Below, piece by piece: positions 55,173-64,000 of a stretch of DNA of 64,000 bases. The notes beneath the pieces are model-generated. The model did no database searches, was not told where the DNA came from, and worked only from the letters and a program-made list of their open reading frames with translations. Positions within the stretch are counted from its first letter, which is position 1. Every line of letters begins with the position of its first letter. The stretch is from Chromera velia (taxonomy: Eukaryota). A program made the translations under genes and the position numbers. The stretch is taken from assembly GCA_018398765.1 (NCBI GenBank), contig JAHBMJ010000432.1, positions 1 through 64,000 on the forward strand, read 5' to 3'.

Positions 55173-57472
55173 CGTTACATTGTGAGGTTGTAGGCATTGT
55201 CAGAGCTGCACGTAGTGCGCGCATGTCGAGCGTATGGCGCATATGTATGTGCATGCATGCATTGTATTAATTGGTTCGCATGCAAGTCAATTCAGAAGTA
55301 CAGTCTCGCCTGTGTATAAGACTAAAGAGAAGTACGAACAATGTATGTCCGACCTTCAGATCTTATAGCCCTGTACGTTAGCAGTGCCATAACTCTACGT
55401 GGCAGCAGAGTAGGTCGGTCAGGGACCAATCTGTTCTGTTTATGATCAGAGACAAATCTCTGTATCGTTGAACGGCAGACGGCAGGCATTTTTTTGCACC
55501 AGACGACGATCTTCTCTGGGTGCATTGAGTCTGTTTGCTTTTCAGAGTTCTTGTAGGTCTTTCTCTTGTTGTTGCGATGACGTTGAGGCCACATAGAGAA
55601 GTGGGCCCGATTTTCTGTGCAATTGCGTTCCTCGTGAAGAGTGTAGAGGAACTGAAGGACGTCTCCGTTGCGACCCTGGATGACCGATACGAGTCTGTTT
55701 GTCTTCTTCTGTCCGGAGTCGCTGAAGAAATGCAGCGATGGTTGCCCTCGGGGTCTATGGGCAAGAAGAAATGCAGAGCGAGGAAGGGTCGCAAGCAATC
55801 GAAGGACATCATTCAGGAGGGTTGAGATAAAAAGCCGGAAAAGAAGAAGAAGACGCGTCGTGGTTTGCGTTTTTCGAAGACCCAATGGAATGAGAAGGCT
55901 CTCGGACAGACACACAGCAAGAGAGATGGGAGGAAATCGGATGACAACCAGACTGCTTCCCCAGTGAAGCGGAAAGAAGCAGATGGGTTCAAGGTGCACA
56001 GACCTTTACACACTCCGTATGCACCCACAAACGACTGGGGACCCCAACGCCCTCAGAGAGATGTTGTGGTGAGTGAACCCCAAACAGCAGCAAAGAGCTT
56101 TATAGTGACACCGGGTTTCCAGGGAAGTGACTAAGGAGGAGAGACCCCATTCGTTCAAACTGCAGGGACGACGTTTGATTTTCAAGGGTACAGCAATGCA
56201 GGAGAATCTGAATTCGAAGCAGTATTGCCGGTAGGTCTTTCCGGACATGAGGATGCAGACATGGGAAGTGGAGACAGTCAGTGGGAGATCAGTCAGAAAG
56301 CAGCACCCCTTTTCCCAGAGTCAGCGCCGTTCATTGCCGGAGAAACTGAAGTTGCCCCCATGAGGATTGGGGGAATAGAACTGACCCGAAACGCAGGAAA
56401 GGCAGAGAGAAAGAGAGAGAAGCAGAGAGCAAAGAGAGGGGCAAAACAAACGGAAAGACATGCAGCGCTGCTGAACACGATCTGCTCAGCTCGCGCTCAA
56501 GATCATGAGATGCCTCCCGGTGGAGTTCCATATAGAGAGGGATTCAGTGCACAGACACCAGAAGTGGGGAGACGAGTTAGGCCTGTCTGCACTGGAATTC
56601 GATCAGGCCTGACAGAAAGAGAAAGAGTGCAACTGGTATTCGAACGCCAAGAGCGAGAACGTACTGCTGCCTTAAACATGATAAGGCAGAACATGATGAG
56701 GCAACAGCGTTCAGGTGTGACCGAATGGAAGGGGTACAGCCGACAGTCTTGAGATCAGATTGAGGAGACGGTATTCACCCCGCTGTAACAGTCCCATTTG
56801 CGTGTTCGATCATCTGTTCCATGCATGGAGCCCATTTATTTTTTTTTCAGCTGCGTCTGCTTTTGACTTCATCTGCATGGCTGTGTGGATACGGCCTGGA
56901 GGAGAGGAGGCATGTGTGTAGGTAGGAAAGAGGCAGTGCATCTTTGCCCATCCACCTGAGCAGAAGTGGAATGCAGAATGGACAAGAAAAAGAGAGATGA
57001 GAGCATATGAGAGAGGAGTTGAAAGACACAAGAAGAAAAGAAGACAGAATGTTCCAAATCGCCGGGCAAAAGCTTCAAACATCATCAAACATCCCGAACC
57101 CGGTTCTGACAATGCTCTGTAGAGACATGCACGTCAAGCCTGATCGCTCTCGTCTTGTGAAATAAACCTCGCAACCCCTGTCTAAGTTCAACAGCTGAGT
57201 ACATCTATATGAAAGTGTCGGGACGACACTCTGGGGGAGGTGGTACGTTACATTATGAGGTTGTAGACATTGTCAGAGCTGCACGTAGTGCACGCATGTC
57301 GAGCATATGGCGCATATGTATGTGCATGCATGCATTGTATTAATTGGTTTGCATGCAAGTCAATTCAGAAGTACAGTCTCGCCTGTGTGTAAGACTAAAG
57401 AAAAGTACAAACAATGCATGTCCGACCTTAAGATCTTATAGCCCCGTATGTTAGCAGCGCCATAACTCTACG
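55173..57472 (+). mobile_element. Nested non-autonomous LTR element (2.3 kb; 227-bp LTRs with CG...CG termini)
   Basis: LTRs 55173-55399 and 57246-57472; GTGAT TSD (55168-55172, 57473-57477); PBS-like TGGCAGCAGAG at 55400; purine tract GGGGGAGG before the 3' LTR; the host pol frame is restored on removal. Confidence 0.9.
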
Positions 57473-57477
57473 GTGAT

Positions 57478-58057
57478 GCATACACAGGTTCACGTATCAG
57501 ATACTTGAAAACAAGAGAATTGCCTCAAAGCGACCGTGTGTCCAGAACCATCCTGCTGTCTGCAGATCACTTTTGCACGGAGAATGGAATCTTGTACTGC
57601 ATGGAGGGGGACAGGGAGCAGCTTGTAGTACTTGCAGCTCTGAGGGATCGCGTGATTGTGTCCAACCATGATCACGCTTTGTTCGGGCACCTCCGCACTC
57701 GTCGCACTTTGTATCGAGTGAGGGAGAGCTTTTGGTGGCCTTCCATAGCAAACGACGTGAAGGACTGGTGTGAGACCTATAGGCCTTGCCAGAGGCGAAC
57801 ACCAGCAAGAGGCACCGATCCGGGGGTGACCTCCATTCCTGTTTCGGGGCCAAGGGAGCTTTATGGAATGGATATCGTGGGTCTGTTTCGAACAGCTCCA
57901 GGCGGGTACAAGTACATACTCGTCGTTACCGATCACTACACCAAGTGGGTACACGTCTTCCCTCTTGTGGAGATATCAGTAATGACAATTGCATGTCTAC
58001 TTCTTGACTTCGTGTTTCTGGATCACGGCTTCCCTCGTTTTCTTCTTTCAGACCAAG
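57478..58057 (+). pseudogene. Gypsy integrase N-terminal part (H2C2-type zinc domain and first two catalytic Asp)
   Basis: HDHALFGH...FWWPS...CETYRPCQ, GMDIVG, LVVTDHYTKW, HGFPRFLLSDQ, then an abrupt switch of sequence. Confidence 0.9.
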
Positions 58058-61000
58058 AAAGCAAACTTCCTCACCGGTGGTTTCCTTTTTTCCGTCCGTT
58101 GCTGACTCTTCTGAATGCTCTGTCCGATTTTCTCCTATGTCTCCTCCATCTCCTTCTTCAAAAATTCAAGCCAGTTGGGAACGTCGGTTGCTGGCAAATC
58201 TGCAAACGCATCTGCAGGGAGAAGAGGGTGAGGCGGGTGCAGGATGCTTATTGCACTACTTGATGTGCATGGGGGGGAACCATGTCCAGTCTGTACACAG
58301 AGAGTGGAAACATGCAAATGCGCGTTGACAGTTGTTTTGGTTGCTAAGCCTTCCCATCCTCTTTCGTATACTTTGAAGGTGATGCCGGCTTTTCCTGATG
58401 ATCGATGTAGGGCATGGACATACAGTCGGACCTTGTTCAGGAAAGGATGTCGACAAAAGATCATGAGGAGATTGATCCTGTTTCATTCTATCGCTGCTTC
58501 TGTCTAGCTTGATTATTAATTTTGGGGAATAGTGCGTACAGTAAATATTTGAGGGAGGTGAGGAGTGTGTGTAGAGAAACAGGTGGGCATGCTGGATGGT
58601 AGGACAGGAAAGTGATTTACATGGTTTGGTCACAATGGAAGAGAGGCCTATACCTCGGGAGTACAGTGGGAATGGCGCTTGATCGCATCATACAGCACTT
58701 CTATGCGGCTTTGCAATCACGGAGGGGGGGTCGGGCAGCGAATAAATTTGGGCGGGAGTATGCACATCGTTTTTACTCAGTGCTGTCTAGTGATGCTTTT
58801 CGTCATGCTTTCTTTGTTGTATTGCCTCTGGCACGGGTGGATGGTGGACAAATGAGTCTTCGTATGCTTTGTATTAGAGCGTATCAACCGACGTGGAATA
58901 CTGTGGGTGTCTCGAGGAAGGAAAGGAATGACCCTTCGATTGAACTGAAACCAGAACGCTCCCGTCTGTCTGCCTGTACGTGCAGGAGAGGTTCAGGTTA
59001 CACTCAGCTGAGACACAAGCTTCGCTCCTCTCTGTGCATGACAAAGGAGTCGAGAGAACTTGAGAGGGGAGGTATTTTCCTCTCTCGTGATGAATTTATA
59101 CAGAGGGTGGGTGGGAAAAAGGGGGATGAGTCTAGGAATATATGTGTTTCTCTTTTTCATGACAGACTTCTTGTGATGTTTTTCAAGAAGGTGCTTCCTG
59201 ATAGGTCGATCAGATCAATGCCAGTAAGGATGATATCAAGGCATGTGTGAGGAGGGTTCCGAGAAGGGGAATTCTTGCTACAGGCAGACAGACATTCGAC
59301 ATGAACGTTAAACGTCTGTGTGAACTGAATAGATGGTTAATGATGGAGATACTGAAAGAGAAGTCGGTCTCTATTCGCCTTCCGCTTGCTGACTGTCCGA
59401 AGTTCAGGGTTTTTTACTTTCGTCAGTTCGAATTGATCAGAAAGGAAGTTGCTCCGCAAAGCTCAGTTCATCTGAGACTCTTGCCGTTAAAATTCAAGAA
59501 CTTGAAACAGATGCTCGACAATACATACAAGGTTTGTTTTGATGCTCCTTCTGAATTACATGGTAACTCGCATGATGATTGCCCTTGCATTCGAATCGCT
59601 CGACTTCTCGATTTGCCCCTTCTGGAGGGACATGCATGTGCACTTCTTTCTTCTTCTCCGTCTCTCCGTTCACTTTTCTCTCTCCCTTTGAATTTCTCGT
59701 CTTCATGTAAATTATGGCCAAACAGTGGATCGTGGGCAACGGTTGAGAAGGGGATTGACTTTTTTGTTTCTTCTCTTGTCTCCCTAAGGGGTTGTGGAAG
59801 GGGACGTCTCGGCTCTGCCCGGCATGGTCAGGGGAGGGGGGGTGATGGAGGTGTGTCTGCGGTGGTTATGGCAGACCTAAGGAGAGGTGGGTGACTACTC
59901 TTTTATGTGCTCCGTGCTCTGAGGAGGGGGCCTCCCCTTCCGAAGAAGGCTGGGATGGTGAAAAAGTTATTGGATATGTTGGCTGTTGTTCTGGTGGATA
60001 AGGCCCGAGGTGATCTAGCCTTTCTATGTACATGGAAGTACAGTCAAGTTGTAAGAGCGGCTTTCATAGATAACCGATCGTACGCTGTCTTACAACAGGT
60101 GGACCTTGATTGCGCTGTTAATGATCTGGCGAGTGGCATCGCGGACCAGTCTGCTGCCCCAAAGTCTTTTCTTTTACGTTTTGGTTCCTTGAATAAAAGG
60201 AAGCATCGTTTTGGGACTGGCCTTCTATGGGTAAAAAGGAAATCTTGGGGGGACGATGGTCGGTTGCCCGCGGGCTGATCGTTTATCAAATACCACCCGC
60301 TCGTCTCGTATGCCTTGCATGGACGTAAATCTCTCTTTTCCTTTGCATGTAAATGTCTAAATGGCCTGCTTCGTTACTTTGGCCCTCACTGTGACTTGAA
60401 CTCGACTTTTTCTTTTCAAGAATGTGTGTCTGTATTCAACGCCAGGTATGGACGTTCTGCTGATCGGTCTGAACAGCTTTTGCTGAAGCCTGACTGGCCT
60501 GTTGGTCACATTAAGATGGTTGTTGATGATATCAAGGCTTTTTTCCCCTCCCTCCCACGCGATGCCTTTCTGTTGTCACTTAGAAAGTTCGTCGCGAGGG
60601 TGAAGGCAGAAACTTGACACAGATATATTGTTCTGCCGAAGTTCCGTCCTTTCTGTAAGAAGGAGGCTGGGGGGGCATGTGGAGAGGCATGGGTGTTACG
60701 CAGACAATATGTGAAGCCTGCTGCCTTCTTGTCCTCTCACAACAGATTCGCAGATGCCATCTCATGCCCTGTTGATGTCCTACCGGAGATCGTTGACCTT
60801 GACTTTCATACTAATCTGATTCATGTTTATGGACGACTGATTCGACAGAAGGAAGGCTTCCCCCAGGGGAGCCCATGCTCTCCTGGGGGGGCGAGATTCT
60901 TTGCAGCCTGGCAAGAGCTCTCGGTTGCTGATTCTTTCTCTGTTTCATCTTGGGAAGACAAGTCATGGTTTGGTGTACGATATATGGATGACCGCTCTCT

Positions 61001-61640
61001 TTTTGTTCGTTTTCCTGGCTGTGCTTCTTCTGATGTAATGAGTCTTTAGGATGGGAGCCCTCCTGCTTTACTTTTACAGGAAGATCTTTACAGTCCTGAA
61101 TGTGTTTTGGAAAGGCAGGGAGGCTCCACGGTGCTGGGGCTTCGGATTTTCTTTCTCCAACAGACACCCTCTGTTTTGCTTTTTGCAGCTGCAAACCCTA
61201 ATCGGGATGCTCTCGTCGAATGGTATCATAACCTGTATGCTTTTTCCTTTTTTTGCCTCCATAATTTTGATAATGCTCTTCCATTCCCTCCCTTCCCTAC
61301 CCTGAAGAGAGTTAGATTCATCCATGGTTTTTCTTGCATTCCTCGGTTGCAGGGAATGATCGGACAGATGAGTTCGAATGTATTGCGTTCCTCGCTTTCC
61401 TGTAATATCCCTGCTCGTGTTCTTATTGATGAACTGACTTTTCTTTTTCTTGAATGCTTTCTTCTTTGTTGGCCGTTTCGTTTTCTCGTGAAGGTTTTTT
61501 CTGATGTCATTACTCGTTTGAGGAGTCCTTCGTTGATCGTATTATGGAATGAAAGGACTTTCTTTCTTTTTACTGTTCTTGGTTGATTTTGTTATGTTCC
61601 CTCCTTAGATGATTGATCTTCTTATGTTCTTTCCTGCTTA
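58058..61640 (+). mobile_element. Degenerate Penelope-like retroelement with N-terminal GIY-YIG endonuclease and RT
   Basis: VIYMVWS...LYLGST...RIIQH...IRAYQPTWN (~58612-58900); RT: KYHPLVSY, DDIKAFFPSLP, RQKEGFPQGSPCSP, RYMDD, VLGLRI, FIHGFSCIP. Boundaries approximate. Confidence 0.75.
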
Positions 61641-62144
61641 TACAATTGAGTGCACTATTCACCTGCTGGAAGCGATAGACAAAAGACAGCAGCAAAGGGG
61701 AAAGAGGGGTCGCGCGCATCGGTTCTTATGCCTTGTCCTGTGCTTCTCGATTGATCAGATGTTGCATTCTTGGAGTTAGTCCATTTGATATTGTATGCAC
61801 GGTTCCGGTGTGTCAGCACCATTGTATATGCAATCAGACCCGTGACTTCTCGCGAATGATGCACGTGTAGAAGGTGCATACATTAATTATTCATTTTTTT
61901 TTCGGCGTCCCCACCCAGATCGCACAAAAGTGGAATTTTTTGCATGCATTCTTTTTGCTCGATTATTTGACTTACCCAGAAGTGAGAGCATGCCGTCATA
62001 TTAACTAATCTTCGAGATGGTGATTTTGGTAGAGTCCACCGTCGGTCCCTTAGCAAACAGTACGTGCATAGCAGGACTGTCTCGGCTATTGGAAGAGAAC
62101 TAATCATACTAGAACATTCTTATTTGCGTTGTTGAGCTTCTTGT

Positions 62145-62860
62145 CTTTCCAGGCCAAAAGGGCCTTGTGGTCTGTCTAATTGAAAGGTTGAAGAGAAACA
62201 AACTCCAGACGACATGGAGAGGACCATTTATTATTGTGGGGCAAGTGTTGGAGCATCCCATGCATTATGTGGTTCGACCGCAGGAGGAAGGAAAGAAAGA
62301 GGTGATTCATCTTTCTCGTTTGCGAAGGTTCCGAGTCAGACAGACTCAAGGTTAGGGGAGGCAGAGAAACAGTCGTAGCCCTGCAGCAGATACAGAAAGA
62401 GCGACAGAGAGAAAGGATTCTCAGCCGTCTGCTGACAATGCAGAAGGCGAGAGAGAGGCAGAGGCTCCACAGCAGCCCTCTGCAACAGAAAACGGAAAAG
62501 GTCCTGTAGAAGGACTGAGTGAGATTTTGAGTCAGTCGAGCGAAGATGCCGACTCAGACTCAGACAGGGTAGCGAACGAAATTCTTGCCGAGCTGGGGGA
62601 AGTTTTGGACGAAGAGTTTCAACGTGATAGCCCTCCGAGAAGGGATGAGTTTCTGTCTGCTGCGTCCTAGCGCTCCGGCATACGCAAGCAACGCGTCAGT
62701 CGCCAGGTGGTTCCAGTTCACATTCAGGCGTCAAGAGAAACAGAGGGGGAGACCGAGTACCGAGTCTCTTACAACGACGGTTCCTTTGCCTGGTTGGCAG
62801 CAAAGGATACAGGGGCTCCAAAACTAGTGGCCGATTTCGAAAGAGACAAAGTTTTAACGC
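62145..62860 (+). pseudogene. Gypsy integrase C-terminus (GPY/F module) and chromodomain-like tail
   Basis: KLQTTWRGPFII...[37 protein letters not shown]. Confidence 0.7.
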
Positions 62861-63004
62861 AGGACACTGCATAGGAAGGAAACGGAAGATAAGAAAGAAC
62901 GGGGAGAAACAGAAGGAGTGAAAGTTAGATTTTGAGAAAAGCACCTCGCAACAGTACCGGACCTTCGGGCTGACCTGGGACGTGTCAGTTTTGAAGGGGA
63001 GATA

Positions 63005-63369
63005 TGTTACGGCAAGCTCCACCGAAGTTAGTTCACCGTGCGCACAAATCGAACTAGCGGGTGAAGGGGCAGTGCCAGGCAATCAGTAGAGCCGGTGCTT
63101 GAAAAAGCGCCGGCACAAGGGTCCGACGTCAGGCCGTCCGCTACGCCGTCACCCACGCCCTGAGGTTTCATGGAAAAAGAATTAATTCGGAAGTACAGAA
63201 GCATGCATGCATGCAAGTCAATGCATGGAAAGAATAAGATTGATTAAGATTGAAATAAAACAATACGAAAGGAACAAAGAGGTCTGATGAACAGATTCCT
63301 CTACGTACGTTAAGCTCAATAAGTCAAGTCGTATGTTAAGTCTTCACTTTAGTTCCTAAGAGCGTAACA
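63005..63369 (+). repeat. 3' LTR of the Gypsy element
   Basis: TGTTA...TAACA, followed by TSD TTGTA. Confidence 0.95.
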
Positions 63370-64000
63370 TTGTATTATCCTGTTAGTGAGTAGTATGTAT
63401 ACATATAGTGTTCGATTCCATTTAGTCCGAGTCTGATTTAGATAAAGTTTTTAGATCACTGACATCATGACTTAGAGTTTTCAGTAGTTTTCAGAAAATG
63501 AACTCTCACATTTATCTCACATTTTGAGCCCTGACCTCAATGTACCGGGCCCTAGCATGCTGAATATACACCAAGGGAGTTGAGTTGACCGGAGTACTAA
63601 CTGAAGCACAGGCAGACAGCCTACAGCCAACCCAGACCTCACCCTAGATCTCACCGCTCATCTCGGCTCTTTATGCATATGCGCACCTCCAATGACATGA
63701 CCAAGACCGCACAGCATCATCTAGCATCAATTGAAAGCAGGAATGCAGAGGGTTTCTTCCCATCTGCAGACTAGTCTGCTGGGCCTGACCAGTCAAGCCC
63801 CGACATTTAAGTCCGAGACACGTGCATGAGAAGCTTTTCCCCTTTTCTCCTCCCTTCTCGTCTCTTCCCTTCCCTTCCCCCGAGCCGTGCACGACTCACT
63901 CACTCGATCATACGCACACACATGCTCTCAGATTGCTGGACGTACACGAAGCTAAAAAGCCCGGAAGGAACCGGTGCCCACCTGAATTTCAAGCAGACTG

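Larger units (their letters stand above)
50954..63369 (+). mobile_element. Ty3/Gypsy LTR retrotransposon, full-length but inactivated, carrying nested insertions
   Basis: 365-bp TG...CA LTRs; TTGTA TSD (50949-50953, 63370-63374); PPT GAAGGGGAGATA before the 3' LTR; domain order gag-PR-RT-RH-INT. Confidence 0.95.

Noticed and set aside
58390..58450. CTGATGA...GAAA as a hammerhead ribozyme in the PLE
   Set aside because: I could not build the required three stems; TTTCCTGA/TCAGGAAA form a simple hairpin. Needs an Infernal search

Overview
Intron-rich eukaryotic genomic DNA with GT-AG introns full of (GT)n/(CT)n/(GAAG)n microsatellites, AT-rich spacers at gene 3' ends and TGCATGCA/GCGC-rich 5' regions. 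Gene content and style suggest an alveolate, most likely a chromerid such as Chromera (inference only). Host genes: a very large multi-exon ankyrin plus degenerate Roc/COR-like gene, a secreted coiled-coil/TSP1x3/vWA protein, a TPR-like hypothetical, a DUF606/YdcZ-type DMT transporter, a prolyl 4-hydroxylase and an RCC1-repeat gene. Accessory DNA: (i) an intronless gene fusing eight 18-aa Cys/His zinc-binding repeats to a giant-virus/phage-type HNH endonuclease; (ii) a decayed Ty3/Gypsy element (50954-63369, TTGTA TSD) containing a nested non-autonomous LTR element with non-canonical CG...CG termini and a Penelope-like element with an N-terminal GIY-YIG; (iii) a CRE-type non-LTR fragment split by a hAT-like element with an 8-bp TSD; (iv) a TA-flanked MITE; (v) scrambled RAD50 exon fragments. 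Both LTR pairs differ almost only by transitions. All calls were made by eye and no database searches were run.
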